Positions 34,237 through 43,734 of a stretch of 64,000 bases of DNA are shown here, in pieces. Each line of letters starts with the position of its first letter. The first letter of the stretch is position 1. The stretch covers positions 1 to 64,000 of IMG/VR virus record IMGVR_UViG_3300045988_139474; one strand, written 5' to 3'. Under the pieces are notes generated by a model. The model did not search any database. It saw only the letters and a list, made by a program, of their open reading frames with translations, and was not told the DNA's origin. The DNA comes from a virus. Made by a program: the position numbers and the translations under genes.

Positions 34237-34891
34237 TCAAGTATTCAGCACGTTGGGATAGCCGTGTTCTGTATTTGGTAATGTAATTTCGCAATGGTTG
34301 TTCCTCGTCAGGCCTGAACCTGCTCTTCAACACCTCAATGTCCGAAAACTCAGACACTGTCTTACCCTTCAAGTCCATGAGGCTTTCTAGGGCTTCGACA
34401 ATTTCAATTATTGTTTCAGGCAATTCTGCCTTGATATCGTCATAATAGCCTGAATTCAGGATTATGACTGAAATGCAGCCTGTAATAACGTAGGCTTTTG
34501 TCTCTTCACCAATCGCAACTTTGGCGTGCTTCTCTGGCGTGTTGATTAATTCAGTCGAATACTCGACCAGTTCATCAATCAACATCTTCATCTCAATCGA
34601 ACTCCTGATTGCTGAGCTGATTCTGTATGATTCAAGCTGCTCTGATAACAGGTCTTGGCCTGTAAGTAAGGCCTTGTCCTGTATCTTCACGTCCAGTTGG
34701 GTCTGTATTATCTTAGCCTTATTGCAAGCCGTCTGATAGTTATCAAACACCCGATTGAGCAATGTATCCATTTCCCAAAGGTTGTCCGATTTCAAAGCTC
34801 GCATGTAGAAAGCAGGGTTGAAGAACTCGCTCAACTCCTGCCCTCCAATATCAAGGCCGTGTTGCATATGCACAGGGACTTTTGAAGACAT
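34226..34891 (-). CDS. hypothetical protein overlapping the beta-prime start by 11 nt
   Basis: 221-aa ORF, probably translationally coupled to the beta-prime gene. Confidence 0.7.
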   Translation of the reverse strand: MSSKVPVHMQHGLDIGGQELSEFFNPAFYMRALKSDNLWEMDTLLNRVFDNYQTACNKAKIIQTQLDVKIQDKALLTGQDLLSEQLESYRISSAIRSSIEMKMLIDELVEYSTELINTPEKHAKVAIGEETKAYVITGCISVIILNSGYYDDIKAELPETIIEIVEALESLMDLKGKTVSEFSDIEVLKSRFRPDEEQPLRNYITKYRTRLSQRAEYLIGG

Positions 34892-34897
34892 ACTCTG

Positions 34898-35218
34898 TTA
34901 TCCTAACAGGCTATCCAGTACACTCAAGTCAATCTCAGTCTCTGGCTTCTCAGCCTGTTGATTCTGCAAGTCAGTCAGTCGTTTAGACGTGCCTGTTTCC
35001 AAGCACTCCTTGATTTCCTGTCGGGTTGACGCTCCGACCTTAGGAAGTTTGGGAATGTCGTCAACGGTCTTGAAGTCGTGACCCAACTCAAACCAAGTTT
35101 CCAAGCTTTCAGCTGCAGCCTTGAAGCTAGCAGCACGGTGCTCATCGCCTTGCTTGTAATACAACTCACTCAATTCAGCCAAGTGATTCATAACGGCATC
35201 TGCGGTTTTGATATCCAT
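34898..35218 (-). CDS. stand-alone DNA polymerase beta 8-kDa (HhH / dRP-lyase-like) domain protein
   Basis: 106 aa. VMNHLAELSELYYKQGDEHRAASFKAAAESLE...IPKLPKVGASTRQEIKECLETGTSKRLTDL is colinear with human Pol beta residues ~20-90 (LTELANFE...AYRKAASVIAKY...[30 protein letters not shown]). Confidence 0.6.
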   Translation of the reverse strand: MDIKTADAVMNHLAELSELYYKQGDEHRAASFKAAAESLETWFELGHDFKTVDDIPKLPKVGASTRQEIKECLETGTSKRLTDLQNQQAEKPETEIDLSVLDSLLG

Positions 35219-35244
35219 AAAATAACCTCATTTTGCTACAATAG

Positions 35245-35276
35245 ATGATATTTCAGTCACCAACGTTAATTTTTGC
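35245..35276 (-). promoter_or_regulatory. class I phage promoter motif (variant)
   Basis: CAAAAATTAACGTTGGTGACTGAAATATCATC. The TAA stop of the DNA polymerase gene lies inside the motif. Confidence 0.5.
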
Positions 35277-38200
35277 GATATTTCACTTTGAACGTAGCTT
35301 TGGACTGCTGAATCGTTTTGCCCCACTCATACTTCAAGGCTTTACCAACGCCCCAAAGCTCCGACCAACCATAGTCCTGAGGTTCAGAGGTCTCAACCTC
35401 AATACCCTCCAAGTCATAGGTCTTGGATAGCTTCAGACGGCTTAACAGCCCATCAATTGCTATACTAGTGCCTTTGATAGTAACAGTCCTTTCATCCTGT
35501 TCTCTTGGCGTGAAGTCAATGCTGCAAAGGTCTCGACCGTTAGCAGCCAGTTCATAGTCAATTGAAACTGGGATTCCGACCGACTGACGAACACGGTTCA
35601 CCATTACCTCTTCCATACCCTCCAAGTACTCAAAGATTGTATCGACTGATGTTGAATCGTCATAAGCGTCATGGGTGAACGCATACGGCGCGCAATCATA
35701 GCCCTGTTTCTCGCAATACTCAAGGAACTGATACATGCTAGTGCCTGCCACCAAACTACCAAGTGATTGAATAATCTGGTTTTGGGCTTGACGGTATTTA
35801 GCACCGCCTCCTGCATTTACATCAATCGGCACTTTGTTCCCCAGCATAGTCGTAACATAGGCATTCGTGCGGTCAATCTCGGCATGAGCCTTATGAATGA
35901 ACTCCTTAATGCCTGGGAATTGCTTGAAGAACGCGTCAAAGATTGCCTGAGCTTTCTGAACGTCACCGCCTGTATTGTCAAAAGCAAAGGATTCCACACC
36001 CTTTCCATATAGGATTGAAAAACTGCATGCCTTGCTGAATCGCCTTTCTTCGCTGGTGATTTCAGCCTCAGGCTTCTCAAAGATTTTTGAAGCAGCATAT
36101 CGGTGAATGTCCTTACCGTCCAAAAATACCTGAATCAGATTGCGGTCACCTGTTACCCTTGCCAGCACTGTAACCTCAAGCGCAGAGTAGTCAGCATGAA
36201 CCAATACGTGATTAGGCCGTCTAGGAATCATGATGGCTCGCATTGGTGAACCCGCACTAATGCTATGGAATGCAGCTGACCAACGTCCACTGTTTGCGGC
36301 CAAAGAGTTAAACTCAACATTCGTCAGCAAGCTTCCTGTCCGTTTTTCTTCAGCCGTCAAACTTTCATACGGCTTCTTGCGGAGCCAAATATTGTCGCCA
36401 TAGGTAGTGTCTGTTGTATCTACCAAATGTACGCTGCCTCGACCTTGTACACCGTTGATATTGGCTGAGATGACTTTCAAGATTTTCTTGAGTAGAAACA
36501 AGTCAAACAACAGTTTGAACTCTTTTGTCCAAGTCTCAGGCTTGTCGGAATCGACACCCAAGTAGCGTGAGTGAATCTGATACTGATACTTAATGGTATC
36601 AGAAGCATAACGCCCGATATAATTGGGTAATTCCTCAATGGCGGTCTTCAACATGCTACCAATAAAATTAGCCGTCTTGTTCTTGTTGCCTTTGACATAA
36701 GCCGACAAGAAAGACAAAATGTCCTTAATGCTGTTGGACTTCAAGAAGTCATCACTCGGAAACACACTCATGACCTCAGGCAATCTACCCATCAAGTCGC
36801 TAGTCTCCAAGAATAGGTTGAGGATTACACCCAAGCGCAATTCCTCTGTTAAGTAGGTTTTCCAGAAAAAGTCTCTACTTGCCGCAGTATTGCTACCAGG
36901 ATTCCAGAACCTTTTCAGCCACTCAATCTCTTTCTCTGGTGTATCTACCAGCATGACTTTTTCTTTTTGCGTCTTGCCCGTATAGTACACGAAATTGAAT
37001 GGAATCTTTTGCTGCCCATAGGTAGCCCAATCCATAGCCAATTCAGGGCTGAGGTTAGCTTTGCAGGCCTCGATAATGTTGCGCATCAGCGGTACAGCCT
37101 CAGCATACATCTCTTGTTCCAAAGCATTAGCAGCATTCTCATCCCACATGAAGCCATGTAATTCAAACTTAACAGCCATCCACGGTTGACGCAGACAGAA
37201 ATGGTAGCTAGGCATCACCTCAGGATACTCAAGCTGATAGTGGTGAGCCAATACAACAGTGTAAGCAGCGTCAAGCGCGCAATACACACCCAGAATCGTC
37301 TTGGGAGTAGCACCCCAAGCAGAAGGGAAATGACGCAAGGCTTCAACGATTTCAGACGGCTCGAAATTTGCCTCAGCATACTCCAAGAACGCAAGAATGC
37401 CTGCGTTTCCACTCGCTCGCAACGTCTCAATATCGCCAGCATAACAAGCTTCTCGCAAGGCTGCGTTTCGACCGACTTTGCTTACAAACTTCTTGTACTC
37501 AGCCTGAAATTCCTTAACGTCAGCCTCCCAGATTGCAGCACCAAATTTCTTGCGCAGCAGGTCTTTCAGGCTGGAACGCTCAGCATTCACAGAAGCCATG
37601 ACTATCACGTCTTGGAACTTGTAAAACTTCTTAACAATTCGGAAAGCAACAGCAATCTCAAACGTGCAGTTGTATGTGTAAATGCGCTGATAATTGGCGT
37701 CCAAGAACGCCTCAAACGCTTTCAATGCTCGCTCAGACAACCCTTCAAAAGGTACATCATAGTGGTAGCCATAAGCATGATTGATGTCGGCGGAAAAGCT
37801 CAGGCCGATTTCAGTCAGCTTGAATCCCTCACTCATCGGCTCGACCGCGTTTGTCTCAAAGTCCAGCCCCAACTTGCCCTCTTGAGCCGTTAACACTTCC
37901 AACAGCTTCAGGAATTGCTCTTCACCGTCAATCTTGGTTGTCTTGATTTTCACTTGAGACTTGAACTCATGGAGATAATCAATCCGCTGACGATACTCAA
38001 TAGCATCTTCACCCGATTTAACCGTGAAATATGATTTGACGGCAGCAGCTGAGATTTCAGGTATCTCAAGCGTTGGGATAGCCTGAGACACTACCAGCTG
38101 AGACATCATCTTACCCTTACTGATTGACGGGAACAGGCAGTCAACGGCTGTACGACCGACGCAAATGACCTTTGTAATCCCCTGCTCTTTCAAGAAAGCC

Positions 38201-38409
38201 AAGATTTCTTCGCGGTCTTTGTTTGAGATTTCCTCGTTGATAGTCGTGAACTCAATCAGATACGGCAGGAAGCTCAGGGAATTGACTGTTGTGCGCATAA
38301 CGGCAGAGGCCGTCTCGCTAGATGTAAAACAGTCAGTCACTGTAATCGCTTGGTTGTCTAAGTTTGAAATGATGGCTGTCTTTGCTGATCCTAATTCTTT
38401 AATCCACAT
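35266..38409 (-). CDS. family A DNA polymerase with 3'-5' exonuclease domain and an extra ~170-aa N-terminal domain
   Basis: Exo I LGLDFETNAV; motif A HADYSALEVTVLA; motif B RRFSKACSFSILYGKG; motif C FTHDAYD. Confidence 0.9.
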   Translation of the reverse strand: MWIKELGSAKTAIISNLDNQAITVTDCFTSSETASAVMRTTVNSLSFLPYLIEFTTINEEISNKDREEILAFLKEQGITKVICVGRTAVDCLFPSISKGKMMSQLVVSQAIPTLEIPEISAAAVKSYFTVKSGEDAIEYRQRIDYLHEFKSQVKIKTTKIDGEEQFLKLLEVLTAQEGKLGLDFETNAVEPMSEGFKLTEIGLSFSADINHAYGYHYDVPFEGLSERALKAFEAFLDANYQRIYTYNCTFEIAVAFRIVKKFYKFQDVIVMASVNAERSSLKDLLRKKFGAAIWEADVKEFQAEYKKFVSKVGRNAALREACYAGDIETLRASGNAGILAFLEYAEANFEPSEIVEALRHFPSAWGATPKTILGVYCALDAAYTVVLAHHYQLEYPEVMPSYHFCLRQPWMAVKFELHGFMWDENAANALEQEMYAEAVPLMRNIIEACKANLSPELAMDWATYGQQKIPFNFVYYTGKTQKEKVMLVDTPEKEIEWLKRFWNPGSNTAASRDFFWKTYLTEELRLGVILNLFLETSDLMGRLPEVMSVFPSDDFLKSNSIKDILSFLSAYVKGNKNKTANFIGSMLKTAIEELPNYIGRYASDTIKYQYQIHSRYLGVDSDKPETWTKEFKLLFDLFLLKKILKVISANINGVQGRGSVHLVDTTDTTYGDNIWLRKKPYESLTAEEKRTGSLLTNVEFNSLAANSGRWSAAFHSISAGSPMRAIMIPRRPNHVLVHADYSALEVTVLARVTGDRNLIQVFLDGKDIHRYAASKIFEKPEAEITSEERRFSKACSFSILYGKGVESFAFDNTGGDVQKAQAIFDAFFKQFPGIKEFIHKAHAEIDRTNAYVTTMLGNKVPIDVNAGGGAKYRQAQNQIIQSLGSLVAGTSMYQFLEYCEKQGYDCAPYAFTHDAYDDSTSVDTIFEYLEGMEEVMVNRVRQSVGIPVSIDYELAANGRDLCSIDFTPREQDERTVTIKGTSIAIDGLLSRLKLSKTYDLEGIEVETSEPQDYGWSELWGVGKALKYEWGKTIQQSKATFKVKYRKN

Positions 38410-38421
38410 TAGGGTGGCCTC

Positions 38422-40146
38422 CTATTTGACAGGTAATTCTTTCATGGTGTTGAAAAACCAATTGGGCACGTAACGTTTGACTTGACCTAACAACCAGCCA
38501 AAGGTAGGGTCAAGCATGAAAGTGTATGATTTATCGGTTGACGAACGGACACCACGGCCTGAGCCTTGAATAATCGCCAAGACAGTTGCATAAGCATACC
38601 AACCTGCGTCCATGTCTTTCTTCTTAACGACCCAAGGGTCACCAAGGAACGGATAAGGACATTTCATGAAGATGTTTACAGCAGCCAAGCCCTTACCCAA
38701 GTCAACACCCTCTGTAATGCTTGGAGACACGCAGATAGTGCCTGGCTTCAAGATTTCCTTGAGTTTGCGTATCTCTTCTGTTGTCGGGATGAAGATACGG
38801 TCTTTCAAGGCTGAAAGCTCCTTGTACTTGTTCGCATTGACGTAGGATACCGAATGAATAATCACATTAGTGTCGGCTGGGTACTTGCTAATGATTGAGT
38901 CAATAATCTTGACGTAATCGGGAAAAGCTGATTCAAATGTATCCTTGTTCAGTTTCGGCATGCCTGTAACCGCAAAGAATGGTCTGTTCTCCAGCGGAAA
39001 GATGTAGTCACCATTGTAAACAAAGGTATCCTCATCACTCAAGCCTAAGCTATCCTTCACGCGCTCAGCAGTAGCAGACATGAAGATGATAGCTTGAGGA
39101 CGGCCAAACAATTGGTTGTAGTACTCACGCGGAATGAATACAGGCTTGAGGCTGAACTGGTATTTCTCCTTATCCCACTCAATTACCCATTCATCAAAGT
39201 TGCTACCAACCAATACATCCAGCTTGAACGCTAATGATGAGTAAGCATTCACTCTTGGCGTCAGGGTCTTTTCAATATCCCGATTCAAGGCCTTAGCCCA
39301 GTCAGCAATTTGACGGCCTTCTAAACTCGCTTGAATCGCCTCTGCTTTGATTTCATTCGTCTTACTCTCAATCTCAATATTAATTTTGCGCAGGGCTGAA
39401 CGTAAGGCTAAAGACACTTGAGAAGCATAGTGCTTAGTCAAGGCTTTGATTGAGGTAACAGGAACGCCTAAGCGGTCATCCAAATCCTCTTCATACTCAA
39501 GCAATTCTCTAGCCAGCTTGATAAGATTCAAGTCAAAGGCAATGCTAGCAATACAGGCTTCCTCAAAGTTGTGCGCCTCATCAACTACCAATAAGCCGTC
39601 TGTGTTGAAGAACTGGAAGCCTGTAAAGAAGAAGGCATAGTTCAGATTCTTCAGTTTGGAATGAATATAGGCTTGCTGCGCAGGACGATAGGAACACATA
39701 TTGTCTTCCTTAGAATAGCGACAATTAGCGTGATGTTTCTCGCTTCTTGGAATCCCTGTGTCTTCCTCTGTATAGCAATCAAAGTTAGTGGCTGAAATCA
39801 GCTTCTTCATACCATGAATCTGGAAGTCATCCATGTATTGATTTTGCAGCAAGATTGTCTTAGTCAGAATCAGCGACTCGTCTGCATACTTTGGGTCATC
39901 CTCTAAGGCTTGTTCTTGATACCTCTGAATCAGCTCAGTATAGACAGCGGAAATTTGAACCGCAACCCAAGATTTACCAGTACCAGTCTCAAGGCTCAAC
40001 ACTACTCGTTTCTTGTCCTTATTGAAGATAGCATCCAGAGACAGCATGATAGCTTCCAACTGGTGTGGACGGTATTGAAAATTGGGGAATCTAGCTTTCA
40101 AGATTTCCATGATTTCATTAGGTGTGACTAGATGGTCTAACAGCAT
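38422..40146 (-). CDS. DinG/XPD-like superfamily 2 DNA helicase
   Basis: Walker A LETGTGKSWVA; DEAH box LVVDEAHNF; Cys-rich insert between them (FDCY...HANCRYSKEDNMCSY), as in Fe-S helicases. Confidence 0.8.
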   Translation of the reverse strand: MLLDHLVTPNEIMEILKARFPNFQYRPHQLEAIMLSLDAIFNKDKKRVVLSLETGTGKSWVAVQISAVYTELIQRYQEQALEDDPKYADESLILTKTILLQNQYMDDFQIHGMKKLISATNFDCYTEEDTGIPRSEKHHANCRYSKEDNMCSYRPAQQAYIHSKLKNLNYAFFFTGFQFFNTDGLLVVDEAHNFEEACIASIAFDLNLIKLARELLEYEEDLDDRLGVPVTSIKALTKHYASQVSLALRSALRKINIEIESKTNEIKAEAIQASLEGRQIADWAKALNRDIEKTLTPRVNAYSSLAFKLDVLVGSNFDEWVIEWDKEKYQFSLKPVFIPREYYNQLFGRPQAIIFMSATAERVKDSLGLSDEDTFVYNGDYIFPLENRPFFAVTGMPKLNKDTFESAFPDYVKIIDSIISKYPADTNVIIHSVSYVNANKYKELSALKDRIFIPTTEEIRKLKEILKPGTICVSPSITEGVDLGKGLAAVNIFMKCPYPFLGDPWVVKKKDMDAGWYAYATVLAIIQGSGRGVRSSTDKSYTFMLDPTFGWLLGQVKRYVPNWFFNTMKELPVK

Positions 40147-41143
40147 TGTTCTTTTCCTTTGCTAAAGTTTGCAACCGTGTCAGCAGGCTCTGCAATTTCT
40201 CAGGGTCATCAGCCCACTTGACTAACATTCGGCCTAAATATTCCTCAGGGTCTTCATAAGCAGGCATTACATTGACTTTTGAGCAAGTCGGAAATGTCCG
40301 TTTAATCTTATGATACAACTTCCAGCTCAAATGCGTCTCATCCAGCAGGATATTGATTTTGCTAGGAGATATGCGACGCAACATAGCTATCTGAAGACTG
40401 GTGATTGTCGAACCGAAAACACACAACGGATTCGGCAATCCTAAAATTGTCGCAGCAATAGCGTCAAACACGCCCTCAACTAAGGTCACCTCGCAATATT
40501 CATTGTCGGGTCTGAAGACGTTAGTTGGGCTGTATAGATACTTGACGCCAGCTGGAATGTAGTATTTCATCTTGCCCTTCGGTTTATAGAAGCGCAGATT
40601 ATAGCTGATAACTCTCCCAAAGTAAAGGCTGGGTACAGTCACACCGCTGTCGGGTAATTGTCTGAAGCCAAAGTAGTCCGCCAGTTGAACGTAGAACGGA
40701 ATGCGTGAAGCAAGATAAGCCTTTGCGGTATCGTCCAGCGGTTGGAATAAGGCCGTGTAATCTATCGGCGGAATGTTATCAAAATTGAATGGCGTGTCTG
40801 TTACCATCTTGGACTTGAAAGCCGTCAAGACTGCGTCATACCGCACTTCTTCTAAAGGCCGTCCATCGTCCACGATACCGACTGCGTCACACTTAAAACA
40901 GTGTCCTACTTGCTTCTCGCGGTCAAAATAGAATTTGCCGTCATCATCTTCCTTGCCTCGTAATTCAAGGCAATAAGGGCAATCATACCTGTCGTGAGTC
41001 TCTGTTTGGCCGACAATATCATGGTCGTCAGGATTGAATACCTTCACCCTATGAGACAGCGCAGATTTCCTACTGGCTGCATAGCTCGGTATCTTCCTGC
41101 TGGCTTCGTCAACAGTGCGCCAAAGCTCTGTTATATTCGACAT
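40118..41143 (-). CDS. DnaG-type DNA primase (zinc finger plus TOPRIM)
   Basis: Zn finger CPYC...(18)...CFKC; TOPRIM LVEGVFDAIA and ILLDET. Confidence 0.8.
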   Translation of the reverse strand: MSNITELWRTVDEASRKIPSYAASRKSALSHRVKVFNPDDHDIVGQTETHDRYDCPYCLELRGKEDDDGKFYFDREKQVGHCFKCDAVGIVDDGRPLEEVRYDAVLTAFKSKMVTDTPFNFDNIPPIDYTALFQPLDDTAKAYLASRIPFYVQLADYFGFRQLPDSGVTVPSLYFGRVISYNLRFYKPKGKMKYYIPAGVKYLYSPTNVFRPDNEYCEVTLVEGVFDAIAATILGLPNPLCVFGSTITSLQIAMLRRISPSKINILLDETHLSWKLYHKIKRTFPTCSKVNVMPAYEDPEEYLGRMLVKWADDPEKLQSLLTRLQTLAKEKNNAVRPSSHT

Positions 41144-41194
41144 TATTGATTTATCCCTCCAATTGTACTTAAAAACGGCATCTGGCTTGCGTTA

Positions 41195-41236
41195 AAAAAG
41201 CCCTGATGAGCTTTGATATTTCACTCACCAGGGCTA
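41195..41236 (-). terminator. rho-independent terminator
   Basis: AGCCCTGGTGAG-loop-CTCATCAGGGCT followed by TTTTTT, after 41248..42444. Confidence 0.75.
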
Positions 41237-41243
41237 ATTTTTA
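41212..41243 (-). promoter_or_regulatory. class I-like promoter motif overlapping a terminator
   Basis: TAAAAATTAGCCCTGGTGAGTGAAATATCAAAG, upstream of the primase gene. Degenerate core. Confidence 0.4.
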
Positions 41244-41247
41244 GCAA

Positions 41248-42444
41248 TTACACTTTCTTGCGAACCATCTTATCAAACATTGGCGCCAACAACATAGCTT
41301 GAACGCGTGCAGCGTTGTATGGCTTATTAGTCTTAGCCAAGTCAAAGTAGTAGCGTGCAGCATCCTTAACAGAACCGCCGAAAACAGGGGATTTCTGAGC
41401 CAGATAGGTCTTAGCACGCATATTCAGCGCAACGCCGTTAACAATAACGCTCAACAGGTCTTTGGCTGATACTTTCTTGCCTTGCAAGTAGTCACCCAAA
41501 GCTTTCAGGCCGTCTCGATTCGTTGCAGCTTCTTTCAAGGCTTTGCCCTTAGATTGTTTCGATTCAGACAGAACCCATTTGATAGCATCTTCAACGGTGG
41601 AATAACCGCTGATTGCTTTCATGGCTGCTTGAACCTCTTTCTGAGCTGGGCCAATCTTGACGGTGCTTGAAATCAGGCCTTTAATCGGCTTGCCGTTGTT
41701 AGTGTCTTCAGCCTTAACGCCTGAATAGACGTGGGAAGCACTAACAGTATGGATACCTGCTTTCAAGATTTCCTCAACCTTGTCGGAAACCTCAAACCAT
41801 TCTTTCGGCGTTTCATTACCCAACAACTCTTCAACATCCAAGCCTGAGCCTGTTTGTTGCATAGCGCGTTTTGAGTTTGCGCCAATAGTATTGATGGTAG
41901 CGTCACTCGAAGCTCGAACACGCATGCCTGGGCCAGAACCAATCAGGAGATAGGTTGACAAGACGATAGCACCGTCATGGCCGACTTTAGCGTACAATTT
42001 CTTGAGTAAGTCAACCAGTTCATACTCTTTCTCCGTATCAACTTGAAGATTGCCGGTCACGAACATACCCTTGTCCAGATTCAAGTCAATCAGGCTATCC
42101 AGGTTGACGCTTGAGATGTCCTCATCGTCAATCTCTGAGCCTAAGTTCAGCTCAATGCCTGGATAGTCACCAGCACGTGAGTAGAAGTTGCGCGCCAAGT
42201 TCATAGCAGCCTCTTTACTCATGTACATGCGATACTCATAGTACAAGGCTTCAACAGGGTTTCGGGCTTCCTGAGCCAGTTTCTCATAACGCTTGCGCGC
42301 TTGGAGATAACGTTTCTTGCCTTCAGGTGTCGACATGTACTTATTCATCGTGTCAATCATCTCAGGCGAAAACATCTTATCAAAAGAGGCACTCTCACCA
42401 AACTTTGCAGCTTGAGCGATTGCACCCTTTAGTCTTTCAGTCAT
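41248..42444 (-). CDS. hypothetical protein (398 aa) followed by its own strong terminator
   Basis: Long ORF on the coding strand with no recognisable motif. Hairpin plus T-run at 41195..41236. Confidence 0.75.
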   Translation of the reverse strand: MTERLKGAIAQAAKFGESASFDKMFSPEMIDTMNKYMSTPEGKKRYLQARKRYEKLAQEARNPVEALYYEYRMYMSKEAAMNLARNFYSRAGDYPGIELNLGSEIDDEDISSVNLDSLIDLNLDKGMFVTGNLQVDTEKEYELVDLLKKLYAKVGHDGAIVLSTYLLIGSGPGMRVRASSDATINTIGANSKRAMQQTGSGLDVEELLGNETPKEWFEVSDKVEEILKAGIHTVSASHVYSGVKAEDTNNGKPIKGLISSTVKIGPAQKEVQAAMKAISGYSTVEDAIKWVLSESKQSKGKALKEAATNRDGLKALGDYLQGKKVSAKDLLSVIVNGVALNMRAKTYLAQKSPVFGGSVKDAARYYFDLAKTNKPYNAARVQAMLLAPMFDKMVRKKV

Positions 42445-43147
42445 TGTTGTCCTTTCGGGCTAAGACATCCAAGGCCGTCTCAATCAAAGCGATTCTGGCT
42501 TCTCGTGAGAATATGCCTGCGGCTGTATTAGCCTCATTCAGTACCAGCACTGAGAACAGGTTGCCTACTGTAATCAAATCAGCCGTGCAACCGTAAACAG
42601 CAATGGTCTGGTTGGTTATCGGATAGTTTTGGTTATACATCGCCAGAGCAGCCCGCACTTGAGATGAAAGCGTTGCAGCATAAGCAGCATAGTAGGCAGG
42701 TGAGCTTACTCGCATTCCATCATCTTCAGCCTTCTCAAGTCTTGGGGCAATCATAACCAACAGGTCAGACAGTCTCAAGCTATCGGAGGCCAATTGACTC
42801 AACTCATTGTCCTTTTCAATATCTGCATTGAACGGAGCGTTATGCATGCTGTAATAAGCAAGGCTATCAAACACGCTCCTGTCCGATACAAAACCTGAGC
42901 CGAAATTGCGGAACAGCTCATAGCGATTCTTGATTAGCAACTCTTGGAACGCTATGCCCTTTTCAGGTTCATTGGCTGCTAATCGTAAAATGTCCTGATG
43001 CGTCTTAGTGCCTTCAGGCATATGGTCTCGACTAGCGAAGCGCGCAACAGGCACGCCATGCTTCTCCGACCAATCAGTCATCAGTGTCGTCTTTCCTGCT
43101 CCGTGTGAGCCGCAGATAACGACCTTAAAATCCTTGTAATTTTTCAT
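42437..43147 (-). CDS. P-loop NTPase, candidate (deoxy)nucleoside monophosphate kinase
   Basis: Walker A VICGSHGAGKTTL near the N-terminus. 236 aa. Overlaps both neighbours within the nucleotide-metabolism operon. Confidence 0.55.
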   Translation of the reverse strand: MKNYKDFKVVICGSHGAGKTTLMTDWSEKHGVPVARFASRDHMPEGTKTHQDILRLAANEPEKGIAFQELLIKNRYELFRNFGSGFVSDRSVFDSLAYYSMHNAPFNADIEKDNELSQLASDSLRLSDLLVMIAPRLEKAEDDGMRVSSPAYYAAYAATLSSQVRAALAMYNQNYPITNQTIAVYGCTADLITVGNLFSVLVLNEANTAAGIFSREARIALIETALDVLARKDNND

Positions 43148-43706
43148 ATAAATAATTTTCCGTTAAGAAAGCCTCACCAATAGCCAGCAAGTCTTTATCC
43201 AGCATCTGGTATTTCTTGAATGTTGTCTCTTGAATCTTCGCTACATTAGCCCAATCAAATTCACCGTCTGGTGTCTTGTCCTTGTAGCCTCGCAAATTAA
43301 GCTCTTCTACAATCTCATGCTCAACCGCCAATAAATCGGCTAATTTGACGATGAACTTGGTAACATCAGATACTTCAGACACGCCTAAGTCAGCAAGCAC
43401 CTTGTCCTCAATAACGCCCAAGGCCTTAACCAAATCAGGGTTTTCTCGTTTGACTACATACTTAACATCGCCAGTAACGACTTCAGGCAAATCATGACTT
43501 GCAGCATACTGGACGATTTCAAACTTCAAGTCATCCGTGAACGTGATACCGTGTTGGGCATAGAAGTCGATGATATCAAGGCAGATAGCCACTACCTCAG
43601 CATGGTGCTGAGATAAAGAACGGCGGTGTGCTCGAACGTTAACACCAGACCAACGGTCAACGTGATGAGAGGCTTTTGTTAAATCGAAGAAATTGTTGTA
43701 AGTCAT
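43125..43706 (-). CDS. HD-domain phosphohydrolase (YfbR-like 5'-deoxynucleotidase)
   Basis: H...HD...D metal ligands: SQHHAEVV...AASHDLPEVVTGD. Confidence 0.75.
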   Translation of the reverse strand: MTYNNFFDLTKASHHVDRWSGVNVRAHRRSLSQHHAEVVAICLDIIDFYAQHGITFTDDLKFEIVQYAASHDLPEVVTGDVKYVVKRENPDLVKALGVIEDKVLADLGVSEVSDVTKFIVKLADLLAVEHEIVEELNLRGYKDKTPDGEFDWANVAKIQETTFKKYQMLDKDLLAIGEAFLTENYLYEKLQGF

Positions 43707-43734
43707 GATATTTGTCCTATATGTAAACGATATG

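Noticed and set aside
37186-37893. Long plus-strand ORFs in the track (37186..37893, 235 aa; also 5363..5869, 53805..54299, 33877..34281, 26828..27232, 51330..51734, 13186..13560 and others).
   Set aside because: Each lies antisense inside a minus-strand gene that has clear family motifs or paralogs. They have no RBS or promoter motif and odd, low-complexity composition. They are best explained as shadow ORFs.
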